Positions 1 through 10,604 of a stretch of DNA of 64,000 nt are shown in pieces. Below the pieces are notes generated by a model that ran no database searches, was not told the origin of the DNA, and saw only the letters and a list, made by a program, of their open reading frames with translations. A program made the translations under genes and the position numbers. Each line of letters starts with the position of its first letter. Positions within the stretch are counted from its first letter, which is position 1. Origin of the DNA: a virus (Duplodnaviria > Caudoviricetes); the IMG/VR virus record IMGVR_UViG_3300025372_000010, positions 32,001 through 96,000 of that record; one strand, given 5' to 3'.

Positions 1-1
1 T

Positions 2-115
2 AATGTACCTGATTATTTATTAGTAGAGTTGGAGGGTAATGTATTTAGAGACTTAATGGGTATGCTACAAGTTCCTCAAGATCCTACAAATGACAAACAA
101 AATCCTGATCGATAA
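2..115 (+). CDS. 3' end of upstream structural (probable tail ring) protein, partial
   Basis: Open frame NVPDYLLVELEGNVFRDLMGMLQVPQDPTNDKQNPDR*; its TAA overlaps the next ATG (TAATG). Confidence 0.6.
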   Translation, partial: NVPDYLLVELEGNVFRDLMGMLQVPQDPTNDKQNPDR

Positions 116-1002
116 TGAACACTCAGCTTAAATATAGAACATTTGATCAGTTATTAGCATCTGTTGGTACAGATCTATATATGTATAATAATGAGAACAT
201 GATTGAGCCTGCTCAACTTATTAAAGTTGCACAGCGTGTTAGTTATGATCTTGGCTTACGTATACATGGAACTAAAGAGAAAGTATTAGATGTAGAAAGA
301 AGAAAGGCTAAACTACCTGATGATTTCTATGTACTTAACTATGCTCTTTTATGTGGCCATTATAAAGTTGAAAGACCTGCTTTACAAGGAGATCAAAGAG
401 AGTCTTTATGTGTATCTGATATTTGTAGAAGATGTCATGGTAATGTACATGAGTGTGGTTGTGAAGATACATACACTATAGCTAAAACAGTTTATGGTGA
501 TGATTCAGGATCTTTAGTACTTGTACAAAAGGTAAAGACTGAAGTGAGAGTATATGATCACTTTGAGATGCTTCATATGTTAAAAGAAAGAGGGTCTAAG
601 AAGAATCATCATGATCAAAATCATGCTGAGATAAAAAATGGTTATATTTATACTAATATAGAAGAGGGTAAGATAATGATATCTTACGAAGGAGCTTTAG
701 AAGATGAGCAAGGTAACTTATTAGTTTTAGATCATCCAGAGATTAATGAGTATTATGAGTATGCTGTTAAACAGCGTATCTTAGAAAACTTATATCTTAA
801 TGGAGAAGATGTAGGACAAAAGATGTCTTTAATAGAACCTAGATTAAAAGCTGCTAGAAACTATGCCTTAACTATTGTAAATACTCCTAATTTTTCTGAG
901 ATGAAACAGTTGTGGGAGATGAACAGAAAAGCTCAGTATATGAAGTATTATAATATGTTTAAAGGTAACGAATTCATTGAGTGGATTAAACCTTTATACT
1001 AA
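115..1002 (+). CDS. Probable tail ring/adaptor protein (crAss-like)
   Basis: 295 aa; position just upstream of the muzzle gene; 'LPDDF' and 'DEQGNLLVLDHP..YYEY' segments resemble crAss ring proteins; internal Cys-rich loop. Confidence 0.6.
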   Translation: MNTQLKYRTFDQLLASVGTDLYMYNNENMIEPAQLIKVAQRVSYDLGLRIHGTKEKVLDVERRKAKLPDDFYVLNYALLCGHYKVERPALQGDQRESLCVSDICRRCHGNVHECGCEDTYTIAKTVYGDDSGSLVLVQKVKTEVRVYDHFEMLHMLKERGSKKNHHDQNHAEIKNGYIYTNIEEGKIMISYEGALEDEQGNLLVLDHPEINEYYEYAVKQRILENLYLNGEDVGQKMSLIEPRLKAARNYALTIVNTPNFSEMKQLWEMNRKAQYMKYYNMFKGNEFIEWIKPLY

Positions 1003-1008
1003 AATGAT

Positions 1009-1368
1009 ATGACACTTCGATCAACGCTTAAGATGCCAAACTATGGCTGTACATTATATATACTATGTACAGATGAGTTTCTAAAAGAGTGCAACAAAGT
1101 GTTTAAGAAGTTTAAAAGCCCAACAAGATGGGTATCTGAGGCAGAGGGTACATTAATAACAAACGATATAGATGAGTACTATTTGATCTTAAATCAGTCC
1201 TACTTAACCTATAACACAATAACGCATGAAACCTTTCATGCAACATTAAAGATTAGTAAAGATAGAGATATCCATGATGAAGAAGCTCAAGCTTGGTTAC
1301 ATGGATATGTGAATGAGGCGGTCTTTAAGTTTTTATCTAAAAAGAAGTTTACTGTAAAACATGGCTAA
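1009..1368 (+). CDS. Small protein with HExxH (zincin-like) motif
   Basis: 119 aa; 'ITHETFHA' followed by a downstream 'DEEAQAW' glutamate. Confidence 0.55.
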   Translation: MTLRSTLKMPNYGCTLYILCTDEFLKECNKVFKKFKSPTRWVSEAEGTLITNDIDEYYLILNQSYLTYNTITHETFHATLKISKDRDIHDEEAQAWLHGYVNEAVFKFLSKKKFTVKHG

Positions 1369-4300
1369 TACACAACAGAATCCTGGGGCAACTACTAACA
1401 CTTTTACCAAAGGTATGGTAAAGGACTACAGTGAAATGTATGTCGGGGAAGGCTTATGGACACATGCTAGAAATGCAGTGAATAACTCACACGAAGGTCA
1501 GCTAGGTGTAATAGGTAATGAGCCTGCTAACTTATTCTGTGTTACTCTTCCTTATAGCTTAATAGGTTGTATTCATCTATTAGATGATCAATGGGCTATC
1601 TTTACAACAGATGATGCTGATTCTGAAATAGGTATCTTTGATGAATCTGCTTGTTCTTACAAAAAAGTTATCAATGACCCAGCTTTAGGTTTTAATAGAT
1701 CTCATCTTATTACTGGTGTATTTAGAAAACGCTTTGACTGCGAAAGATTAGTTTACTGGGATGATGGTTTAAATCCATCTCGTTTTATGGATATAGATAA
1801 TCCTCCATTACAGTATACTGAGTCTATAGTTAATGGTTGTATTATTAAAACATATACTAAAAGATTAGATACAGAGCAAATTAGATTAGCTCCTTTAGTA
1901 CAGCAACCATGTCTCACTTTATCTAAAGGTACAGGCTCTGGTACATTAGCTAATGGATCTTACCAAGTATGTTTAGGCTATACGATTAATGAGAATCGTG
2001 TAACTGACTACATTGGTCTTTCAAATGTACAGTCTTTGTTTACTCATGAAAATCTTACTGGATCACTTGATCTAAAGATTACAAACATGGACAGTCATTT
2101 TGATGAGTTTGAGTTAGTAGTTATTTCAACAGTTAATAATCAATCTGTTGCTAAAAGATTAGGATATTATTATACAACACAAGGTACTATTCATATTGAT
2201 GCAATATTACCTGACTTGTTTACAGTTCCTATTAATCTTATTCCTTTAAGAACTGAGCCTATAGAAAAGACTGATGCAATGTACTCAGTTAATAATTATT
2301 TATTAAGAGTAGGTACATACAGCAAGTATCAGTTTAACTATCAGCAACAAGCTAATAAGATTATTACAAAGTGGGCAGCTGTACAATATCCAGAAACTTA
2401 TTATTATAAAGGTGGTCATAATGTAGGATACTTAAGAGATGAACAATATGCATTCTTTATCCGTTGGGTATATAATACAGGAGAGCGTTCATCTAGTTTT
2501 CATATTCCAGGTAGACAAGCAACTGCTGCAGAACTAGTTAATGTTTATGCAGGAGATGCTTTTGAAACTATAGAAAGTATTAATAATATTCCTCAAACTA
2601 GACAGCTTTGGCAAGTACAAAATACTGCTGGAGTTGATGATCTTAATAGTTATACATTATCAGATGGTGGTGTAGTATTGGCAAAAGGTCATATGGGCTA
2701 TTGGGAATCTACTGAGATTTATCCAGCAGATCGTCCTGATATATGGGGACCATTATGTGGTCAACCTATTCGTCATCATAAGATGCCGGATGTTACAATC
2801 CCTGGAGGAGAGTTACTTAACCAATATAACTCAGTAAACAATACAGTGGTTATATTAGGAGTGGAATTTGATAATATATCTGTGCCTGTAGATGAAAATG
2901 GTAATCCTATATCTTCTATAGTTGGTTATGAAATACTTCGTGGTTCAAGAGAAGGTGAGAAGTCTATTATAGCTAAGGGTATGTTTAACAACATGCGTCA
3001 GTATGATATTCCTAATAATCCTTTAGTAAAAGGCCTATATCAAAACTATCCTTATAATGATTTAAGACCAGACTATCTTCTTACATCTGATGCCAATATT
3101 GGTACAGTGGGACATGCTGATGTAAACTTAGGATCTCCTCTTACTTCTTATAAAAAGAACTACTTATCTTTTCATAGTCCTGAGACTAACTTTAGTAAAC
3201 CATATTTAAGTGGTGAAGAAGTAAAGATCTATCAAGAGTTATCTGGTACAGCACAAGGTATGTTTTCTCAGCCTTATAAGCATCCTAAGTTTAAGATGCT
3301 TAGCAACTTTAGTTCTCAATTGGCTAGTACAATAGGAACTATTTCTGTTATAGGTGATTTCTTAGGATCTATTGCTCAAGATTTTAACCTAACTTTAAAA
3401 GGTACAGAAGCTCTTCCTTTTGATAAAAAGTTAACACTTACTAAGATCCCTAACTTTCCTTTAACATTTGGAGGAGGAGCAAGCTTTTTGGGTATTGGTG
3501 GTAGTGTAACTGGATCTATTCCTAACCCTGTAATTGTAGCGGAAAATATTGCAATAGGAGCATACAACGTAGCTGTTGCTATTGCTATGAGTTATATTGA
3601 AGCTGAAAGTACTGGAGAGCAATTATTTAATATTATTCAAGCTTTAGTTCCTAGAATACAGTTTGGTTTACAATACGATTCACATGGATTTTATAATAAC
3701 GCAAGAACAAATGTGGCTGGTAATAGAAGGAAAAGAATCGAGAAATCAGCATACGTAGGTGGTAACTTACAAAGCTTTGATACTGACTATCATGTAAATA
3801 ATATCTATAGATCTAATTTTGTAGTTATTAAAACTGAAGAAGACATAGCTGACCCTACTGTAGTAGATAATAGTAGATTTAGAATCTCTGAAAAGGGAGG
3901 AAATATTAACACTGTAGTAAGCTCTACAATATCTGGATACTATGGAGCTATTAAAGTTAGCTTTCCTAGTCAGTATGGACAACTAGAATCTATTAGACAA
4001 GTGCCAACTGGTAGCTGTGTATTTCCTATAGGAACAGATGTTTTATATAAATCAGATGTGATTTTTGGTGGTGACACTTATGTTGGAAGATATACAGAGA
4101 AGAATGCATTTACCTTCTTTAACTCATGGCCTGTAGGTGAACCTGATGAATATGAGATAGACTACAGAAACTATACTAATATACCTTACCCAAGATTCTG
4201 GCTTAATTCTTCTAAGACAGTATTTAGCTTGTTTAAGAATGCTAGTCTTCAACGTCATTTAGATGATAGAGAAAGCTCTTTATTTTATGTAAGTAAAGGA

Positions 4301-5956
4301 CACATTTATTTATTCTTTAATGGAGTGAGAGACTTTTATGTAGAGTCTGAGATTAATTTAGCTCAGAGAGACTGGGAAGATGATCTATCTAAACGTCACT
4401 ATGATCCTAATGAGTATACTGACTATACATCTTTATTCCGATCAGATATTGTAAAGAGTGGTAATTTCTGTAAGTATGATTATTCATTAAGTGTATCTAA
4501 GTTATTTACTAACTTTGCAAGTTGGGGTACATTATATCCTAGAGATTATAATCCTGCTACAGCTGCTAGTTGTTATGTCTACAGACCTAATAGAGTGATA
4601 TATTCTTTACCACAAGAACAAGAGCTTAAGAAAGATAACTGGAGAATCTTCTTAACTAATAACTATAAAGACTTTATATCTCCTATCACTGCTGTAAAGA
4701 AAGTAAATAAAACTGGTGCCCTCTTTATGATGGAGTATCAAAGTCCATTCCAGTTTATTGGAGTTGAACAATTGCAGACAGATGCTGGTACAAAAATTAC
4801 TGTAGGAGATGGTGGATTATTTAATCAAGCTTTACAGAATATAGTTAACTCAGATGAATCATATGAATATGGTTCTTGTCAGAATAAATATGCAGTGGCT
4901 GCAACTACTCATGGTATTTTTTGGGTGAGTCAAAACCAAGGAAAGATCTTCCAATATTCTGGAGGATTAAATGAGATATCAAGAGATGGTATGAAGTGGT
5001 GGTTTGCAAAGTATCTTCCTTCTCAGCTTCTTAAACAGTTTTCTGATTATCCTTTATATGATAATCCTGTAAAAGGAGTTGGTGTACAAATGATATATGA
5101 TAACACTGATGAGGTAATATATATTACTAAAAAAGATTACAAGCCAATAGTAAGTGATCTACAGTTAGAGGGAGAGAAGTTTTACCGTGTAATAAATGGT
5201 CATAAGACTTATTTTGAATTAACTGATACTAGTGTATTTGAACCAGCTCATTGGACATTAAGTTATGATCCTAAGAATAAAGTGTGGTTATCATTCCATG
5301 ACTGGATTCCTTCATTCTTGATTCCAGGTAAAGCTCACTTTATGAGTGTAAATACTAATAGCATCTGGAAGCATAACGTTAGATGTGATCAGTACTGTAA
5401 CTTCTATGGTAAAGATTATCCATTTGAAGTGGAGTTTGTTTCTTCTACAGGACAAGCAGTTAACTCTATGAGAAACATAGAATACATGCTTGAAGTGTAT
5501 AAATACTATAATGACTGCCGTGATAAGTTCCATCTATTAGAGGAGAACTTTGATCAGGCTATGATATATAACTCAGAACAAGTGAGTGGATTATTAGAGC
5601 TTGTAATGAAAGCTAAGAATAACCCATTAGATGGATTAACCTATCCTAAGATTAATGCTAGTAGTATATCTATTAATTACTCTAAGATAGAACAGAAGTA
5701 TAGATTTAACCAGTTCTGGGATATTACTAAAGACCGTGGACAATATACTGGAAATGAACTACCAATGTTTGTTACAGCTGCTAATGGATATCAATATCAA
5801 GTTAATCCATCTTATATAGACTATAATAAACATATACTAGAGCGTAAGAAGTTTAGACACAACTTAAATAAAGTGTGGTTACGCAAAATGGTAAGTGGTA
5901 GTCATAAGTTCTTGTTTAAACTATCCAACGAAAAACTACAATCTTCTTATAGATAA
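1361..5956 (+). CDS. Tail muzzle/stabilisation protein (P22 gp10-like, crAss-type)
   Basis: 1531 aa beta-rich protein; N-terminal 'TFTKGMVKD..A.N', 'YWDDGLNP.R', 'RDEQYAF', 'IRHHKMP', 'GGDTY', 'WLSFHDWIP' motifs; position before the cargo genes. Confidence 0.8.
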   Translation: MANTQQNPGATTNTFTKGMVKDYSEMYVGEGLWTHARNAVNNSHEGQLGVIGNEPANLFCVTLPYSLIGCIHLLDDQWAIFTTDDADSEIGIFDESACSYKKVINDPALGFNRSHLITGVFRKRFDCERLVYWDDGLNPSRFMDIDNPPLQYTESIVNGCIIKTYTKRLDTEQIRLAPLVQQPCLTLSKGTGSGTLANGSYQVCLGYTINENRVTDYIGLSNVQSLFTHENLTGSLDLKITNMDSHFDEFELVVISTVNNQSVAKRLGYYYTTQGTIHIDAILPDLFTVPINLIPLRTEPIEKTDAMYSVNNYLLRVGTYSKYQFNYQQQANKIITKWAAVQYPETYYYKGGHNVGYLRDEQYAFFIRWVYNTGERSSSFHIPGRQATAAELVNVYAGDAFETIESINNIPQTRQLWQVQNTAGVDDLNSYTLSDGGVVLAKGHMGYWESTEIYPADRPDIWGPLCGQPIRHHKMPDVTIPGGELLNQYNSVNNTVVILGVEFDNISVPVDENGNPISSIVGYEILRGSREGEKSIIAKGMFNNMRQYDIPNNPLVKGLYQNYPYNDLRPDYLLTSDANIGTVGHADVNLGSPLTSYKKNYLSFHSPETNFSKPYLSGEEVKIYQELSGTAQGMFSQPYKHPKFKMLSNFSSQLASTIGTISVIGDFLGSIAQDFNLTLKGTEALPFDKKLTLTKIPNFPLTFGGGASFLGIGGSVTGSIPNPVIVAENIAIGAYNVAVAIAMSYIEAESTGEQLFNIIQALVPRIQFGLQYDSHGFYNNARTNVAGNRRKRIEKSAYVGGNLQSFDTDYHVNNIYRSNFVVIKTEEDIADPTVVDNSRFRISEKGGNINTVVSSTISGYYGAIKVSFPSQYGQLESIRQVPTGSCVFPIGTDVLYKSDVIFGGDTYVGRYTEKNAFTFFNSWPVGEPDEYEIDYRNYTNIPYPRFWLNSSKTVFSLFKNASLQRHLDDRESSLFYVSKGHIYLFFNGVRDFYVESEINLAQRDWEDDLSKRHYDPNEYTDYTSLFRSDIVKSGNFCKYDYSLSVSKLFTNFASWGTLYPRDYNPATAASCYVYRPNRVIYSLPQEQELKKDNWRIFLTNNYKDFISPITAVKKVNKTGALFMMEYQSPFQFIGVEQLQTDAGTKITVGDGGLFNQALQNIVNSDESYEYGSCQNKYAVAATTHGIFWVSQNQGKIFQYSGGLNEISRDGMKWWFAKYLPSQLLKQFSDYPLYDNPVKGVGVQMIYDNTDEVIYITKKDYKPIVSDLQLEGEKFYRVINGHKTYFELTDTSVFEPAHWTLSYDPKNKVWLSFHDWIPSFLIPGKAHFMSVNTNSIWKHNVRCDQYCNFYGKDYPFEVEFVSSTGQAVNSMRNIEYMLEVYKYYNDCRDKFHLLEENFDQAMIYNSEQVSGLLELVMKAKNNPLDGLTYPKINASSISINYSKIEQKYRFNQFWDITKDRGQYTGNELPMFVTAANGYQYQVNPSYIDYNKHILERKKFRHNLNKVWLRKMVSGSHKFLFKLSNEKLQSSYR

Positions 5957-5957
5957 A

Positions 5958-8900
5958 ATGAATAAGCTTTTACAATTATTAGTAGATACTGGTGATGTAT
6001 CACACAGAGCTCTTCCTGGGTTACAAAAAGCTCAGGTAGGTGGAACCTCTTTGTTTCAAGCTCCTGCTCCTATATATGATAATATTCCTAGCCTTGGTGC
6101 TGTTCGTAAGAATATTATGATGCAGCAACAAGCAGCACAACAAGCTGCTAACAGAGCTGCTCAGGAAAGACAAGGTAGCATTAGTAAAGCTGAAGCTCCT
6201 AGATCTGCTAGTTCTAAAGCTTGGGCTATGGCCACTCATCCTATGACTGCTGCTCAATATGTAATTGCGGGTAGAGGAATACCAGAGCATTTTGATAGAG
6301 GTCCTGAGAATAACTTAGATAATGCAATGGATGTAATAAATCCGTTCTTTTATGCTAATGAAGCAGGTCAAGCTATTTCTGGTGCGGGTAAATATGCTAT
6401 GGACCCATATCATAATAATCCTGCAATGTTAGGAGAAGCTGCTTTACATGGTATTACATCTGTACCATTATTTACAGAGTTTGCTCCTGAGCTAAAAGGA
6501 TTAACAAAAAACACTGGTAAAAACTTAAGACAGTTTTTAGGATATGCTACACAAGGTGTGCCTTTTGAAAGCACTATACCTAGACTTCCTGAAGGTGCTG
6601 TTAAAGATTTTAGACATATACAAGAGATAGCTAAGATGAAAGAGTCTGGAGCTAACTTGGCAGATAGAATGAAGTATGGTATAAAGAATGTGCCAGATAA
6701 TCACTTTGAGAGAATCTTTGAAATGCCTAAGTCTGAAGCACAAACTTATTTAGATAAAGGCTTTGGTCAAAACCCAGAACCTAAAAACTATTCTGTTTTA
6801 CCTAATAGATCTTTTGCTTCTGATCCTATAGATTTTGATCCTAGACAAGGAACTATTGATGATGTTAGACAACTTATCCTTCAAGGTTATATTACACATC
6901 ATCCTGAAACAGGCAATATGCTTTTAGCAAATGATGTACATCATCTTACTAATAGTCAATTAGATAATGCACTTAATGATTTATCTGCGGCTCATGATCG
7001 TCATTATGATCAAATCATGAGAGGTCACCAAATGCCTGCTGAAAGTCCAAGAGAAGTATATAGTTTAGAAGGATCTGATGCTGACATTGATCGTGATTTT
7101 ATGGATTATACTACAATGCCTTCTGATAACTTTGTAAGTAATGCAAGAAACACAGGTAGATTTAACTTTAATTTAGATAAGAATCCTAGAGCTGGAATGA
7201 ATATGAAGCAACAAGCTATGTATGAGCTTGGAGATGCTGCAAAGACAGGAGTTTCTAGATTAAAAGATATGTTGATTGATGCTTCTCAAAACTATCCATA
7301 CTACTCTGGTAATAATGTAGCTCATAAAGTACCTAGTCTTTTTAAAGCAGATAATACTTTAAAAGGATTAGCTAATACTGTTACTTCACAAGTAAACGAA
7401 GGATTAAAGTCAGGTGATGTATTTACTGGAAGTGAAAATACTTCTCATAATTCTTGGTTACCTCAGGTAAAACAAGTGTTTAATTATAAAGAAGGAGCTC
7501 CTCAGTTTTTAGGATATAAACCTATGAATCAATTAGGGTATCTTAATAAGATGGGAGTAGAAAATGAAGATATAGCTAAATACTTAAATAGTGAAATAGA
7601 TCTTTTACAAGGACGTAATAAGATACCTAATGATATACAAAGACCATTTATGAAAGGAGATCGTGTAATGCTTCCTCAATATGGTGTTAAACAGTTTCAA
7701 GTAGGTGGACCTATAGTAGATCCATTAGGTCAATGGGCTCATCCTGGTCAAATCACTCGTATACCTAGTAATCAAATAACTATGCAAGGAGTTCCTTATC
7801 CTGTATTAGGTGTAGGATCTAATGGACAGCATCAAATGATGTATCCAGGTGGTGAGTATTCTTTTGGAGGAGCTCAACATGTAGATGAATATCCTATGAT
7901 GGCAGGTGGTGGTATCACTCATGCAGGTCATCATTTTCCAGGATACAATCGTCCTATAGCAGACAGCGATGGTGTACATAAAAAAGTAGTGTTAGCTAAA
8001 GTGGGTAATAAAACAAAGGTTGTTCACTTTGGTGCTAAAGGATATAGTAATAATTATTCTGCTAAAGCAAGAGTTGCTTATAAAAGCCGTCATGCTGGTG
8101 AAGGTAGTCAATCTAAACTAACTGCAGGTTATTGGGCTTATCATAATTTATGGAGCTCACACTCTCCTGCTAATCATGCTGGTAAGCATAGTGGTCATGG
8201 AGAGAGATTTGCTCAAGATGGTGGTGAAATGAATATGTATCAAGATGGAGGTGGTTATAACGATAACCAAATATATAACTCAGTTCCTAAAAGAGTTACA
8301 TTCTTACGTCACGGTATAACAGATGAAGATCTTAGAGGAGAGAATAGTGGACAGAATGATATTCCTATTAATAATAAGGGAGTGTATGAAACACTAAAAA
8401 CAGCTCATCAGTTAGCTGATAGACCTGTTGATTATTTAGTTAACTCTCCTGTACCAAGAGCTGCTCAAACTACAGCTATATTAGCTGATGAATTAAGTTT
8501 ACCACATGTAGTAAATCCGTATCTTGCAGCATGGAATCTAGGTAAGTTTTCAGGTAGACCAGAAAAGGAGTTTAACGAAAAGTATTTTGTAAAAAACCCT
8601 GACGTTCCTGTTCCTGGTGGCGAAAGTTTTAATAACTTTAAAGAGAGAGTGTTAACTGGTTTAGATCAATTAGATGGTATGCCAGGCAATCCAGCTGTTG
8701 TCACTCATAGTAAGACCTTACAACTATTAGAAGCTTTACAAGCTAACAAGGGTGTATGGAACAAGAAAGCTGAACAGAAATATCTTTCAACAAAGACTAA
8801 AGAAGATAAACAACTTTACGAGTTTGATACTAACTTAGCAAAGATTGGTGGTAACTTAGAATATGGTGGTTTATTTAAAGCTGCATTTGGAGGACCAACT

Positions 8901-9005
8901 CCAGCTAAAGCTAGAGAAATACTACATGATAAAACCGTTAATGGTCATCCTATAACAGATAAACAAAGAAGATTCTTTGGTTGGATATCTTCCCAAAAAA
9001 AGTAA
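5958..9005 (+). CDS. Modular virion cargo protein with xxxGG motifs and a histidine-phosphatase domain
   Basis: Likely start ATG 5958, right after the muzzle stop; RHG...S..RA.QT...GGES...VTHS phosphatase signature; Cys-free. Confidence 0.7.
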   Translation: MNKLLQLLVDTGDVSHRALPGLQKAQVGGTSLFQAPAPIYDNIPSLGAVRKNIMMQQQAAQQAANRAAQERQGSISKAEAPRSASSKAWAMATHPMTAAQYVIAGRGIPEHFDRGPENNLDNAMDVINPFFYANEAGQAISGAGKYAMDPYHNNPAMLGEAALHGITSVPLFTEFAPELKGLTKNTGKNLRQFLGYATQGVPFESTIPRLPEGAVKDFRHIQEIAKMKESGANLADRMKYGIKNVPDNHFERIFEMPKSEAQTYLDKGFGQNPEPKNYSVLPNRSFASDPIDFDPRQGTIDDVRQLILQGYITHHPETGNMLLANDVHHLTNSQLDNALNDLSAAHDRHYDQIMRGHQMPAESPREVYSLEGSDADIDRDFMDYTTMPSDNFVSNARNTGRFNFNLDKNPRAGMNMKQQAMYELGDAAKTGVSRLKDMLIDASQNYPYYSGNNVAHKVPSLFKADNTLKGLANTVTSQVNEGLKSGDVFTGSENTSHNSWLPQVKQVFNYKEGAPQFLGYKPMNQLGYLNKMGVENEDIAKYLNSEIDLLQGRNKIPNDIQRPFMKGDRVMLPQYGVKQFQVGGPIVDPLGQWAHPGQITRIPSNQITMQGVPYPVLGVGSNGQHQMMYPGGEYSFGGAQHVDEYPMMAGGGITHAGHHFPGYNRPIADSDGVHKKVVLAKVGNKTKVVHFGAKGYSNNYSAKARVAYKSRHAGEGSQSKLTAGYWAYHNLWSSHSPANHAGKHSGHGERFAQDGGEMNMYQDGGGYNDNQIYNSVPKRVTFLRHGITDEDLRGENSGQNDIPINNKGVYETLKTAHQLADRPVDYLVNSPVPRAAQTTAILADELSLPHVVNPYLAAWNLGKFSGRPEKEFNEKYFVKNPDVPVPGGESFNNFKERVLTGLDQLDGMPGNPAVVTHSKTLQLLEALQANKGVWNKKAEQKYLSTKTKEDKQLYEFDTNLAKIGGNLEYGGLFKAAFGGPTPAKAREILHDKTVNGHPITDKQRRFFGWISSQKK

Positions 9006-9021
9006 TAACTATAAAAATACT

Positions 9022-10596
9022 ATGAAAGCTCAACAATCCGCTCAGAACCAAAAGATCATGCAATTGATCCAAGCCTATGCCCAAAAGACTGGTGTAGATC
9101 CTCAACAAATTATGCAACAGTTGCAGCAGATGCAACCTCAGCAAGCTCAACAAGCTATACAGCAAATGGCTCAAACCTTACAAGGACATGCTCAGCAAGC
9201 TCCTCAACAAGGTGGTATGCAAATGCCTGATATGAATCAGATGGCTAATGGAGGTATTAACAATCCAGGCTTTAAAGCTTTACCAGAGTTTGTACAACAT
9301 AGTATCATCTCTCATATGGCATATGGTGGAATGTATCCACAAATGGCTGAGGGTGGAAAACCTGAGTGGTTAATATCAGCTCAGCTTAAAGCTCAAGGTT
9401 ATTCTGGCGATGCCTTAGCTCAAAAGTTAGACTCTATGGCTCATGGTGGTGAAATGATTCGTAGAGCTGATGGTCATTATTCCAAGAGAGGTCTTTGGGA
9501 TAATATCCGTGCTGCTGCAGGTAGTGGTAAAAAACCTACTCCTGAAATGTTAAAGCAGGAAAAAAAGATCAAATCTGAAATGGCTTATGGCGGTCCTGTA
9601 TTTCCTAGTGGATATAGTAATAGTCCTGAGATAAGTAAAGCAAAAAGTAAAGCTATTAATAAAAAGCAAGATGGTGGCCCAGCAATGGGAGGAGCTCCAA
9701 TGGGAGATAATGATGGTGATGAAGGTCAACAATCAGCTCAACAACAAGGTTCAGCACCTATGATGCAACAACCACATCAAGAAATGATGGCAGGTCATCC
9801 AGGTGGAGGAGCTATGCATCCTATGGCATTAATGATGGCAATGAGTCAACATGCTGGTTCTGTACAGCATCACAAGAAACATCATAAGAAACATAAAGAT
9901 GGTGGATCTACATATGCTGATGGTGTATGGTACCAAGATGGTGGTGCAGCTTATTTACCAGACTATACAGAGTATGCATTAGGAGGAAGATATTTCTTAC
10001 CTAATGGACTTGGATCTTATAGAGATGGTGGTAACTTAAATAGAGGAGCTAGCTTAAACTTTATGCCTAGTGAAGCACCAGACTTATTTAGTCATGTACC
10101 TATTGAATCATTTAAGAGCTCAGGTCAAAAACCTCAGTCACAAATGTCTTTTGGTGGAGGTGTAGGTTATCCTGTAGCAGGAGCTGAGTTTGTAAGTGGT
10201 TACCCAGCAGGTTCAAGAACTCCAGATATAGCTGGTCACATGGCATACGGTGGTGGTGTAGGAGTTTATCCAGAAGGATATAACTTAGTTACTGGTGTAC
10301 CTAATCGTACTCCTGACGCTGCAGGTCATATGGCTTATGGTGGAATTCATATCAAGAAGTCTCATGAAGGTAAGTTTACTGAATGGGCTAAGCGTAATGG
10401 ATATTCTATGAGTCAAGCTATTTCAGCTGGTAAGAACTCTTCTAATCCTGCTGTTAGAAAAATGGCTACCTTTGCAGCTAATGCTCGTAAATGGAAACAC
10501 CAAGATGGTGGGATAGCAGTTGGTCAAGAAATGAATGTTACTCCAGAACAACTAGAGATGTTGAAGAAACAAGGTTATAAATTTGACGTTATATAA
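9022..10596 (+). CDS. Low-complexity cargo protein with MAxGG/xQDGG repeats
   Basis: Likely start 9022; Gln-rich N-terminus; about 14 xxxGG motifs; C-terminal 'IHIKK..GKFT..A...ATFAANARKWKH' module. Confidence 0.7.
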   Translation: MKAQQSAQNQKIMQLIQAYAQKTGVDPQQIMQQLQQMQPQQAQQAIQQMAQTLQGHAQQAPQQGGMQMPDMNQMANGGINNPGFKALPEFVQHSIISHMAYGGMYPQMAEGGKPEWLISAQLKAQGYSGDALAQKLDSMAHGGEMIRRADGHYSKRGLWDNIRAAAGSGKKPTPEMLKQEKKIKSEMAYGGPVFPSGYSNSPEISKAKSKAINKKQDGGPAMGGAPMGDNDGDEGQQSAQQQGSAPMMQQPHQEMMAGHPGGGAMHPMALMMAMSQHAGSVQHHKKHHKKHKDGGSTYADGVWYQDGGAAYLPDYTEYALGGRYFLPNGLGSYRDGGNLNRGASLNFMPSEAPDLFSHVPIESFKSSGQKPQSQMSFGGGVGYPVAGAEFVSGYPAGSRTPDIAGHMAYGGGVGVYPEGYNLVTGVPNRTPDAAGHMAYGGIHIKKSHEGKFTEWAKRNGYSMSQAISAGKNSSNPAVRKMATFAANARKWKHQDGGIAVGQEMNVTPEQLEMLKKQGYKFDVI

Positions 10597-10604
10597 ATAT
10601 ACTT

